NCBI RefSeq assembly: GCF_000190715.1
Contig: NW_003519425.1
Span: forward strand, 22,330 to 86,329
Direction: 5' to 3'
Length of the DNA: 64,000 nt
Source of the DNA: Dictyostelium purpureum
Taxonomy: Eukaryota
Position 1 is the first letter of the stretch, and each line of letters opens with the position of its first letter. A program made the translations under genes and the position numbers. Below the pieces are notes generated by a model. It was not told where the DNA came from. It was given only the letters and a program-made list of their open reading frames with translations, and did not search any database. This document shows, piece by piece, positions 23,551 through 35,300 of the stretch.

Positions 23551-24355
23551 TTAATCACTCATAAGTTTGATAGTTATAGGATCAGTGGATTTGGATGTAG
23601 ATTTAACTATTTTATATATTAATAATATAAAATAATTTAAAATTGAAATACCAATGCCAATTGTATTGGAAATATAGATTGGTTGGTTTGATAGAGACGA
23701 CTTTAGTACGGTTTTGCATAGTTTTAGAGAGGGGTTTGGATCATCCATACAATCTTTATACGGCTCGGAATAACCACAACAACCTAAAATTGATTGATAC
23801 TTTTGAATATTTTTTAAATTGTAAAATGAATTGTTTTGATTTTGACTTTGGTTTTGTATATGATTATTCCATTGGACAGGATCAATAGATTCTATGATTT
23901 TTGTACCATTGTTATTTTCATAGAGGAGCATTTTTACATCTAAAAATAGTAAAAAACAATCCAATATAGAAAATATAATTACCATTCTAATTAATAATGT
24001 TTCTACATTTATATTTTTTTTTACAAATGCTTCTATTAAATGTAAAATAAACACCAAATGATAAAATATAGTAATACATGAAATTAAAAGAGTTAATATA
24101 AAAAAAACTTTAATATAGCCATCATTATTACTATCAAAATATATTAGTTTATGGTATGATAGCAATGGTTTGAGTACATAAAATACCATAAAAATTTTAT
24201 AAATCTAAATATAAAAAAAAACATATGAAATTTAATTAGCAAGCCCAGAATATAATATTTTTTATAATAAAGGTAATACCCACTAAACAAAATAACCATA
24301 CTGTAATAAAAAATATAATAGCTGTGGGAATACTTTTTGGTTTTTCCTTTTTCAT
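23551..24355 (-). CDS. Tetraspanin (4 TM, CCG motif in the large extracellular loop). Two exons. The exon-1 donor is ambiguous (GTATGG at ~24270 or GTGGGT at ~24245).
   Basis: CCGYSEPYKDC signature plus four hydrophobic segments. ATG at complement 24353-24355. Acceptor tatatttag|ATTTATAAA at ~24203. Confidence 0.6.
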
Positions 24356-24423
24356 TATTATTTTTAAAAAACTTTCCTTTTACCCTATTATATATAGTTT
24401 TGAAAATTAATCATATGTTTTCC

Positions 24424-24474
<51 letters not shown>

Positions 24475-24745
24475 GAAACCCCCACCCCACACTAAATATT
24501 ATTTATTTAATAAAATAAATAACATTATCTAAACACCATAATTATAAAAAAATACTAAAATAAAAAAAAAAACTTAAATAAATAAATTTCCTTTTAAAAA
24601 GATATTTTATATGAATTTTTTTATAATAAAAAATTAATATCTTTTTATTTTTTTTTTTGTTTTATTTTTTTTTATTTTATTTTTTTAAATTTATTATTTT
24701 TTAATTTATTTTTTATTTTTTTTAATTTTTAATTATTTAAATATA

Positions 24746-25952
24746 ATGGATAATAATAATGACAGCAATAATTTAATAATTTATAATTTATATAAAAAAG
24801 TTTTTTCAAATATTTATTTATCAACTCGAATATTTAAATATGTCAAAAAGCTAAATTTTAATCATTTTTTAAAAAATCTTTTAAAACTTTTTCCTAAAAC
24901 TGCTGTAAATGATAAAAAAGCATTAAAAGAAAGATTCAAGTCATCTTTCTATCAACTAGATACAATACCATTTTCAAAGATTATTGAATTTAAACTAGGC
25001 AATGTTTTCAGAGATAGGTTAAAGGCTAAAACAATTAATTTTATTGGTATTTCCCCAGAGTTTAGTTTTGATCAATTTTCATCATTTATTGAAGCATCAA
25101 AAATAACAAAAAAAGAACAAGAAGAGTTTTACAATTTAAATAATTATTTTTATAAAAGTAAAAATAAAAAAACCTTTTTAAAAGATATTGACAAGTTTGA
25201 CCTATTCGAATCATTGGTTCATTATAATTTTTTAACCCTATTAGAGCTCATTTACAATGATCATAAAGAAAATATAGAAACAGAAAGACAGTACTATAAC
25301 AGAATCCAAAAAGAAAGAGCAGAGGACCCAACCTTTAAACCAAGCTATGGTCATAGAGATATTACCCCTGCCGATCAAGGATATCAAGCCAATGTCAAAT
25401 CACCATTTTTTATATTTTTCAATAAACCTCTAATTATGGCCGCTTTCCAAAAAAGCTCTGTAGAAGTTTTAAGATTTTTAAATAAAATAGGAGTGGACTT
25501 TTATCAATGCGAAAAAAATCTATTGTTTTGGGCAATTAAAAGTAACAATCCAAATAGAAAGGTTGAGTACCTTTTGGACGAACTAAACTATTGTGTACCG
25601 ACTCTCTATAGTGGTGTCTATGATGGGTTTTACAGAAATCTTTTAAAACTTGACTATAAAAATTACAAAAGACTTCACAAAATGGGTTCACCTCTTTTAT
25701 TCTCATTTTCATCATATGATTATTCAAATTATAGCAGAGCAGATTTTAAATTCAAATTAAACTTGACTAAACTGGGTCTTCATTCTCATGCCATTTATTA
25801 TAAATCAGAAGAGTTAATGCTTGCTTTAAAACTGGTAAATCAACTTATAAAATATGACAATAATAAAACTGAAGAGAATAAAATTACACCTCAATTAATT
25901 CAAATAATTAAATATAAAATAAAAAATAAATATAGCTTTAATCATTCACAGC

Positions 25953-25989
<37 letters not shown>

Positions 25990-26806
25990 GCAACAACAAC
26001 AACAACTACAAACATATTTACATGGTTTATATAATACGATAGGCAGTTTCTTTATTACCAAAAATTATAAACATGAAGAAAACAACAATAGTAATGATGA
26101 TATCAATATAATAACAGATGGATTTATTAATGGCAATTTAAAAGAATTATTAGAAATAGACTATGACAATTTCAATTTGGAAAGAGAAATTGAAAGAATT
26201 TTCTTTCTTAGGCTCTTCAATCGAAAACCATTTTGCAATGACGACTTCATTTCAGGTTATGTAAACTTCTTAGCAAGGTACAAAGAATACAAATCAGTAT
26301 TAATATTACTCAGTTTAACACCAACACATCGTGAAAATATAGTAAAAGAAATATATCTTAGCATCCTCAAAACCGATTCGACTGATTTTTATGCTTATGC
26401 AGCAGATAATAAAATTTTATGTACACTTACAAACGACATGCTTTACACTTTTTCCTCACCATTTTGCTACTTTGATCCAATAAAAATAGAATTTTATTTA
26501 GAAACTCTATTGATTCTCAAAATTCACCAAGATAATTATTATAAAAAATTTATTTCATTTTTATTGGAGAGCAATTCAGTGGGAAAGAAATTTTTACAAA
26601 CAATTATAAAACCAATTAAACAATTCAATGAAAAAAAGTCAATAACAAGATTTTCAGGAGCAGATTTAACTTTAGAATTAATCAATGCATATCTTTTAAA
26701 AAATAGAAACAGTTCTTTAGAAATTAAAACCCTAAAATTAAAAATAGAATCACAAGGGGATGATATCGACTCTTATATAGATTATCTTTTAAAAATAAAT
26801 ATATAA
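24746..26806 (+). CDS. Hypothetical protein (686 aa) with a polyGln tract. N-terminal 'LIIYNLYKKVFSNIYL' motif.
   Basis: Uninterrupted ORF from ATG 24746. (CAA)n at 25952-26013 encodes Q21. Confidence 0.55.
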
Positions 26807-27229
26807 AAAATTAATAAATATTTAAAAAACTGTTAGATATCTCGGATACTAACATATTATTAATAATTAATAACGTTCGAAAAAATTACAAATTTTTATG
26901 TCGGTAAAAACCGAGCAAGCTTTTCTCATAATAATTTTATAATTAAGCATAATAAAAAAAAAAAAAAAAAAAAAAAAGTGTAATCTTATTTAAAGGTTTA
27001 AAAATATTATTGAGTGTTTCTCTCTTTATTATTTTAGTTGATTCTTATTATGCTTAATTAATAGTTTTATACAAGGTTTTTTTAATAATTATATTTAGTT
27101 TAATTTATTCGATAGCTAGTTTTAGGTATGAAGGTTTATAATTTATATGTTTAATCTTTAGTATCATATATATAGAAGTACTTGAAGATTATTACAAAAA
27201 CTCCCTCACATTTTTTCTATAATATTTAA

Positions 27230-27600
27230 TAATTTTTTTATTTTTTTATTTTTTTTATTTTTTTTATTTTTTTTATTTATTTATTTATTACTTTTTACAA
27301 TTTACTGTCAAACTAAAAAAAAATTACTGTCAAATTAAAATTAAATTATTAGAAATAATATTAATAATAGTATCAATAAAAAAAGATTTACAATCACCCT
27401 GGTGGTGAATTTAATTTTTTCCAATTTTATTTATGATGTTTTCAAACTTATTTATTTATTAAATAATACAACCACCAAAACACATAAAAATTAGAAACAC
27501 ACCAATATAACCACCTTTTATTTTTTATTTTTTATTTTTTATTTTTTATTTTTTATTTTTTATTTTTTATTTTTTATTTTTTATTTTTTATTATTTTAAT
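27230..27600. repeat. T-rich minisatellites (TTTTTTTATT)n and (ATTTTTT)9 in the intergenic spacer.
   Basis: 27518-27590 contains nine tandem 'ttttttattt' units. Similar A-rich arrays at 29771-29840 (AAAAAAAT)n and 39721-39775 (AAATAAAAT)n. Confidence 0.8.
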
Positions 27601-28025
27601 TATTATTTAAATATAAAGGGAAATAGAATTAACAACACACCTGTATCTATGATCATAAATAAAAGTAATTTAAATTAAATAAATTTATATATCCTAAAAA
27701 AGGTTTTAGTGTTTTATTTTTTTTATTTTTTTTTATTTTTTTTTTTTGGTGCATGTTTGGGGGTTATAATATCATATGTTTTTTGACTATTTGATAGTAT
27801 TGGATCTGTTTTTGTTGTGTGGGTATGTGTGTTATTATTATTAAAAATAGTAAATCTGTTATTATTAGAAAATTATTTTTTTTATTTTCAATTTAATTTT
27901 ATTTTAATTTAATTTTTTTGTTTTTATTTATTTATTATTTATTATCATAAAAAAAAAATTATAAATTCATTTTATTCATTATATTTTGTTATAAATATAT
28001 TATAATATAAATTATAATAAAAAAA

Positions 28026-29214
28026 ATGAAATATTTAATAGTATTTATTATTTGTTTTTCTCTATTGCTTTTAAGAGGAGATGCATTCTCACATTTTGAA
28101 ACAATAGATGACAGCGCATATACAACCGATGAAGGTTTTGAACACCATCATTGCTGGCACAAAGGATTTGACGGTTATAATACAGGTATGTATTATTAAA
28201 GTAATCTATTTATTTTTAAAAAAATATATTAAAAAAAAAATTTATTTTAAAAATTTTAGAATTTGCTCTTTCTAGTTTTAATACTTACTATCCAACACCA
28301 AAAGGAATTATACCAGCCTCTTTTTATGAAGGTGGTGTAATTGATGTTAGTCTAAAAAAACAAATGATGTATGTACATTTTGGAGTTGTTGCTAAAAAAG
28401 AAGATGGTAGTAGTCTTGTATTTGCAGGAAGATTATATACCTATGGTGAAAATGTAAGTTTTTAATTCATTTATCTGTATTTCATAAATAAAATAAACAA
28501 TTTTTTAATTATTATTTACATTAGTCTACACAATATGTTATAATGAATGGTTCATCAACATGCTATGCTATGCCTCTTCAATATCCATTCCCAAAGGAGT
28601 GGCCAAAAGTAAAAAAAGTAGGCTCCACAGTATTAGGTGATGTAGAAGTAGATGTTATTATAATGAAAAATAATAATATGACAGGATATAATATGACTAG
28701 ACAATGCTCTTTAATTAGAAAAGGCTCATGTGCACCATTGTCATCAAATATTGGAAATGCAGATAAAAATGAATTAGGTTTTTCATTAATGAATTTCTAC
28801 CGTTATGAAGGCAAACCCAACTTAACAAAGATTCAATTACCACAAGAATGTTATGGTGTAACCCCATCCGATGAAGTATTCCAACCAACTCAATTCGATG
28901 ATGATGATGAACTATCGTTCTTTGCCAATCAAGAAGATGAACAATTTGAAGAAACTGATGATGTAACCAACCAAGATGAGCCACAAGAACAAACATTTGG
29001 AATTCACAAAAATCTTGACATTAATAATAATAACCATCACAATAGACACCATCGTCCACACCCACATCATCGTCGTCCACATGGTCACCCACACGGTCAC
29101 CCACACGGTCGTCATCCACACCATGGACACCACCCATACCATCCACACCACATTACTAAAGATGGGGAATTTATTTATTATCCACATGCTGCTGATCTTG
29201 TTTTAATTCATTAA
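28026..29214 (+). CDS. Secreted histidine/proline-rich protein. Three exons: join(28026..28185,28260..28453,28525..29214).
   Basis: Signal peptide MKYLIVFIICFSLLLLRGDA. Introns GTATGT..TTTTAG and GTAAGT..ACATTAG with consistent phases. C-terminal HHNRHHRPHPHHRRPHGHPHGHPHGRHPHHGHHPYHPHH. Confidence 0.6.
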
Positions 29215-30286
29215 ACTCAATTAATATCCCAAATAATAAATAGTATATATAAATAAAATATCTCTTTATCTTATAATTATATCTAGATAATCATATTATA
29301 TTTCAATTAATAATATTATTATAAATAAAAAAATAAAAATACAAAAAAATATATATAAAAAAAAATATTAACATTGACATAGAAACCATACTTTTTTACA
29401 TGTTTTTTTGGTAGTATTAGTTATACTACTACTTTTAAATTTAACGACAAAAAAAATATTACTTGGTGGGTATACAAAAAAAATGAAAAAATTAAAGTGG
29501 GGTTTTATTTTTAGATTATTTTACCATATATTCTCATATTAAGATATGTAAAAAGAATTTAAATCTAATTTAGTACCAAAAATTACAAAAAATATTGTTA
29601 ATTATTTTTTTTATAAATATTATTATTTTTTTTATTTTTTTTATTTTTATTTTTGTTTAATCTGTGTATTTTATTTTTTTTTAAAAAGGAAAAAGGCAAT
29701 ATATGGTATTTTAAAATTAGATATTAACATAATTGATAACACCATAAAATAATTAATTTAGAATTATAAATAAAAAAAAAAAAATAAAAAAAAAATAAAA
29801 AAAAATAAAAAAAAATAAAAAAAATAAAAAAAATAAAAAAATATATATTTTAAATATTTATTTATTTCATTTTTAGAAATCAAAGAAATTTCATTATTAT
29901 TCTATTTTATGGGTTCGGGAACCTGGTATAAATATAGAATTTAATTGTATAAAATAAATAAATTAAAATAAAATTAAAAAAATTATAAATAAAAATATTT
30001 TTTGTGTATTAAAAAAAAAATAAAAAAAAATAACTCTAACCGATTATATAAAAAACCAAAAAAAAAAAAAAAAATCATTTTATATAAACGAATAAACAGA
30101 ATAAACAAATATCAATAAACAGTAAATATATATTTTAACAAATAATTAAAAATGATACAAGAGTAACTATATTTATAAATAATAAAAATAATAAAAATAT
30201 GTAATTTAAAAAAATAAATATTTATTAATTTTATTAATAATTATAATTATTATAATAATAGAAAAAATGAAACCTTATTTTGGAAG

Positions 30287-31912
30287 GTGTTTAGAAATAT
30301 TTATTTAAATAATTTAATATTTTCAAATTTGTATAATAGTGAAATATATGTTGATGCCATCAATATGAAGGTTGTACCAGAGATACCAAGACATTTAAAC
30401 AATATAAAGTTTAGCACATCCAGTGGTTATTGCAATTGGTTTATAAAGAATTTAATATTTAATGACCAAAGTACCGACTCAAATATTAAACTAAAGAAAC
30501 TTATCAAAGATGATGGATTACATAATTTTAATTTTCTCTCAAAGTTTAGAATTGATTCAATTACTTTCGACAATAGTATGGAAATAGAAACTTTAACTAG
30601 ACTAGAAGACGACGGTGTCACTGAATATCAAGTTGAAGAATGGTTGCCAGTCCAACATATTAAAGAAATAGAATTAAGTGCATCAAATAACAAACCAATT
30701 GAAAAAAACCAATTACCAGGATATACCAAATCTATTAATTTAATCACGCATACCCAACCCGAAAACATTCCATCATCTGTTAGAAATTTAAAAATTAGAG
30801 AATTTGATGAAGATCTCACCCAAGAAAAGATACCCAGCAATATATCCTCTTTACATTTAGGTGAATATTATGACAAACCAATTACTGCCTCAATGATACC
30901 ACCTAACATTACACACTTGAACCTAGGATGGCGTTTCTCTGCTGATCTATCTGAAGAAATGCTACCAGCAACAGTTAAATCTCTAGTTTTAGGTGAAACC
31001 TTTAATACCCCATTCAAGAAAAATAGCATTCCCAATTCATTAAAAATATTAGAGGTAGGTGCAAACTTTTCCGAGTTTCAATCACTAATTCATTTACCAG
31101 AATCAATTGAAACATTTATATTTGGTGATAATTTTAATAGAAGTTTAGAAAGCAATTTTAAATTACCCAAAACTATAAAAACTTTAATCTTTGGTAAACA
31201 ATTTAATCACCCAATTCCAAACGGTATATTAGAAAATGAAGATGGTCTAGAAACTTTAAAACTTGGCAGTTCTTTTGCACAACCTTTGACAATAGACAAC
31301 GTACCATCAAGTGTAAAACATTTAGAAGCCCCCAATAGAGCCCAGCAATATGTCTCTGAAGAAATTTTCAACAAATATTATTCATTAAAAGCATGTTTGG
31401 ATAACAAAGATCCATCAAAAAAAGGTCATTTAGAAATAGGGGATGCTCATAAAAAATATCTTTTTGACAAAGGCTTAAAACTTGTAATCCCACCATCTAT
31501 CAACAGTCTTACACTACACAATGATGCATTTTTAAAGAAACATAATATTCCAAGATCAATTAAATATTTAACTTTTGGTTCAGATTTTATAAATACAGAT
31601 AATTTAACTCAGGAAATTGATGGCGCAAATATTCAAGAACCTCAAGCAGCCGCCAATGCAATTTCAAATTTTGATAAAAGATTTTTCATTAGAGCCAGAG
31701 ATATCCCAAAAACCACCACCCACATTTCTATTAACTCCCCCCATATAGTTTTAGATTTTATACCATCCCATATCACCCATTTCAAAACTTCAAAAAATTA
31801 TTTCCAACAAATCAATATTTTAAAAAATAATAATAATTTAAAATCTTTAAAAATTAAATTATTAAATTTAAATTATATAATTCATGATGAATTAAGACCA
31901 TTACAAAAATAA
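30287..31912 (+). CDS. FNIP-repeat protein (Dictyostelium-type 'FNxxxI' tandem repeats). 5' end uncertain.
   Basis: Repeats LVLGETFNTPFKKNSIPNSLKILEVGANFSEF / IFGDNFNRSLESNFKLPKTIKTLIFGKQFNHPIP. The frame is open from 30218 with no in-frame ATG; 30287 is GTG. An upstream micro-exon or non-canonical start is likely. Confidence 0.55.
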   Translation: MFRNIYLNNLIFSNLYNSEIYVDAINMKVVPEIPRHLNNIKFSTSSGYCNWFIKNLIFNDQSTDSNIKLKKLIKDDGLHNFNFLSKFRIDSITFDNSMEIETLTRLEDDGVTEYQVEEWLPVQHIKEIELSASNNKPIEKNQLPGYTKSINLITHTQPENIPSSVRNLKIREFDEDLTQEKIPSNISSLHLGEYYDKPITASMIPPNITHLNLGWRFSADLSEEMLPATVKSLVLGETFNTPFKKNSIPNSLKILEVGANFSEFQSLIHLPESIETFIFGDNFNRSLESNFKLPKTIKTLIFGKQFNHPIPNGILENEDGLETLKLGSSFAQPLTIDNVPSSVKHLEAPNRAQQYVSEEIFNKYYSLKACLDNKDPSKKGHLEIGDAHKKYLFDKGLKLVIPPSINSLTLHNDAFLKKHNIPRSIKYLTFGSDFINTDNLTQEIDGANIQEPQAAANAISNFDKRFFIRARDIPKTTTHISINSPHIVLDFIPSHITHFKTSKNYFQQINILKNNNNLKSLKIKLLNLNYIIHDELRPLQK

Positions 31913-32341
31913 TATATAAATAATAAATAATTTAAACAATAATTATTTCCCAACCATTTCATCTTTTTTTTTATTTTTTTTTTGATTATCAAAAATATCT
32001 TTTTTTTTTAAAAGAAAAATATTGGAAAAAAACTCTATTTTTGTTTTTTTAAATAATTTTTTAATTTTTTTTTCTTTTTTTTTTTTTATAAATTAAATTT
32101 TTTCTCATTTTAACTTTTTTTTTTTTTTTTTCTTTCCCATTGAATAAATATTTAATTTTATCTGTATATATAGTTATAATATAATTTAATATTATCTATA
32201 GTTTATCAATTATTTATAAATATATACACTTCAATTTCATTGAAAAAAAATTAAATATTACATAATTCAAAAATTGTAAATTAATATTTTTTAGTTGTTT
32301 AGTTTTTATTTTCACAAGTTTTTTTTTTATTATTATTTCAA

Positions 32342-35300
32342 ATGTCAAGTGTTTTAAGAGGCGGTCCAATTAGAGGCAGAGGTGGCAGAGGCGGCAGAGG
32401 TGGTAGGGGTGGTAGAACTCCACTTGAACGTCCAGGTGCAAGATCAGATGCTTCGCAATCTTCTAAAAAAACATTCAAACCCTTCAACAATAATAATAAC
32501 AACGAAAACGAAAACGAAAACGAAAATGAAAGATCAAACAAAAAACAATCAACATTTTTAAGCGAATTAAAGAAATCACCAATTGCTTTGTTAGGTAGTG
32601 AAGAGCTTAGAGAATTAAAATTAAAGCTTATCAATATTGTATCAGCTTCATTAATCAAAGAACCAAGAGTTAATCATCTCACTCCAACATTGGAAACAAT
32701 TATGTCATGTGTTTATACACTTTCATACTATGACCCAGAGTTTGTTTTAAAACTCATCCTTTACACTCGTGATGAATTGGGTATTCGTACTGTAGCAAAC
32801 TATATGATTTGTTTAGCATCACTCTTCCCAACAACTCAACCATTTTTAAAAAAGTATTTCAAACACTTAATTAGAATCCCATCTGATTGGTTAGAATTAC
32901 CAACTATTCTTTCAAAATTAACAGAGTAAGTTTTATATATATATTATTTAAATTAATATTAATTGAATCATATACTAATATTTTTTTAATTTTATTTTAT
33001 TTTTAGAACCAATAACATTCCAAAATCATTAAGAAATGTAATGGTTGAAAAATTCAAAGATTTTGATACCTATCAATTAGGAAAGTATAATACTGAAGGT
33101 AAAATTAAAAGAAAGAGAAAGAAGTTAAAGGAATTAATTAAAAGCAATCCAGACCAAAAGGATGATTTAATCAGCAAATCTCAAGCCAACCAAACTGCAT
33201 CATTAAAGAACTTGATTAGAGTACTTCATATCTCTGAACCAGTATCTAGTGTCATGTCTATTCTTGGCAAGAAATATCCATTAACCTATGAAGAGTGGAT
33301 TAAAAATAAACTTCCAGGTACCTTTGAACCAGAGCGTGCTGGTAAAAGAATGAAATTACCAGTCCCAGAAACTTGGGAGACCTTAGTATCAGCCAAAGGT
33401 AACAACTCTGCTACTTGGGAAGAATTAATGCAACACAATAAACTTCCATTCATGGCAATGTTAAGAAATCTTCGTAATATGATGATTACTGGTGTACCTG
33501 CTTCAGTCCATAAGCAAATTATTTCAAAATTAACCAATGAACAAACCATTGCAAATTCAAAACAATTTCCATTAAGATTTTTAGCTGCCTATGATGCAAT
33601 TCCAAAGTAAGTTTTAAATTAAATGATTATATTTAATAATAAAAATATATATTAATATTATTTTATTTTATTTTTTATTTAGGGATGTTGAAGAATTAAA
33701 AACTTGGTCCACACAAAAGAAAACTAAAATTCAATATTATCCACCAGCAGATTTATTAAAAACTTACAGAGAAGCTTTAGACACTGCAGTTAAATTATCA
33801 ACAATTCACAATGTTAAACCAATTCGTGGTAATACTGTCGTATTCTGCTATGTAACCAGTGATAGTAATAGCGAACAATGTAAATCAAATACCTCTGGTA
33901 AATACTCAATGTTAGAATCATCTATTCTTTTAAGTTTAATGTGCAAATATGTCTGTGAAGAATGTGACCTCTATTTGGTTGGTTATAAACCAGATGAATC
34001 AGAACAAACCTATTTCAAAGTTCAAGAACTCCAAAGTGATTCAATTTTAGAAAACATGAAATCTATTAAATCTATGATCTCAAGAGTTTTCATGGATCAC
34101 AAGACCCTTAATCCTCCAGATTTCCCAACCAATGTTATCATTGACCAATTCCTTTTACCAAAAGCTAAAGTTGATAATATTTTAATTCTTAACCACAAAA
34201 CTGTAGAATTAGATTCAGAACCAAGTAAAAGAAATATTTTAAGCAAATATCGTCAAGATGTTAATCCAGAATTATTATTTGTAAATATCAATTTATCTGG
34301 ACAAGCTTCATTAAATGCCTCCGCATCCACAGAGTCTGAAAGACATCAAAACGATGTTTACATTAGTGGTTTCAGTGATTCAATTCTTAAATTTATTGCT
34401 GAGCGTGGTGGTACAGATCAACAACTTCAATATATTGAAAAGATTGATGAAATCAAAAAGATTCAAGATGTAAAGAAAACAAATCAAGCTGCTGCTTCTG
34501 TAGTTGCCACAACTGATGAAAAGAAAGAACAATCATCAGCATCAGCATCAGCATCATTATTAACTCAAAAAGAAAAACCATGGAGAAATGCTAAAGTTTT
34601 TATTTCATCTACTTTCTTGGATATGCAAGGTGAAAGAGATATGTTAGTTAAAAGAGTTTTCCCAGAACTCAGAGCCAAATGCTTAAAACATAGAATTCAT
34701 CTCACTGAAGTTGATTTACGTTGGGGTATTACCGAAGAAGATGCTCAAAAGAATAGATCTGTCGATTTATGTTTAGATGAAGTCGATCGTTGTCGTCCAT
34801 TTTTCATTGGTCTTTTAGGTGAACGTTATGGTTGGGTACCAAAAAAAGAACAAATCCCCAGCGATCCAAAATATGATTGGATTAGAGAACTTCCATCATT
34901 AAGATCAATGACAGAGTTAGAAATTCTTCATGCTTGTTTCAATAAAAACAAACCATCTTCAGCTCCATTAATCTATATTAGAGATCCATCATTCAACCAA
35001 CAAGTACCAAAAGAATTCAAAGACCAATTCGATAGTGAAGATCGTAGTAGCGCTGAAAAATTAAATGCATTAAAACTTAAAATTGGAAAAGAAAATTCAG
35101 GTGCTAAATATTCCCACTATAGCGCCAGATGGGGTGGATTAAATGGTGATGGTAAGCCAGTAGCTGGTGATCTCTATGAATTATGTGAAAAGATTCAAAG
35201 TGATCTTTGGGAAACACTTGTAAGTACCTATAATCTCAGTACTGGAGGTAAGCCTGAGTGGTTGAATTGTTACAACGATTCAAACCAAGATGCTGAATTT

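Noticed and set aside
28715-29206. Three overlapping small ORFs (28715-28996 -, 28912-29187 -, 28976-29206 +) rich in H/W/V/T
   Set aside because: Alternative-frame/antisense readings of the CAT/CAC-rich histidine-repeat region of the secreted His-rich gene.
29880-29940. tRNA-like 'gggttcgggaacctgg' motif
   Set aside because: No cloverleaf can be built (no acceptor stem, no A/B box spacing). Surrounded by pure A/T.
32338-32658. 106-aa minus-strand ORF with PPLPPLPP
   Set aside because: Antisense of the GRGG-box/poly-Asn-Glu region of TEP1 exon 1. No independent support.
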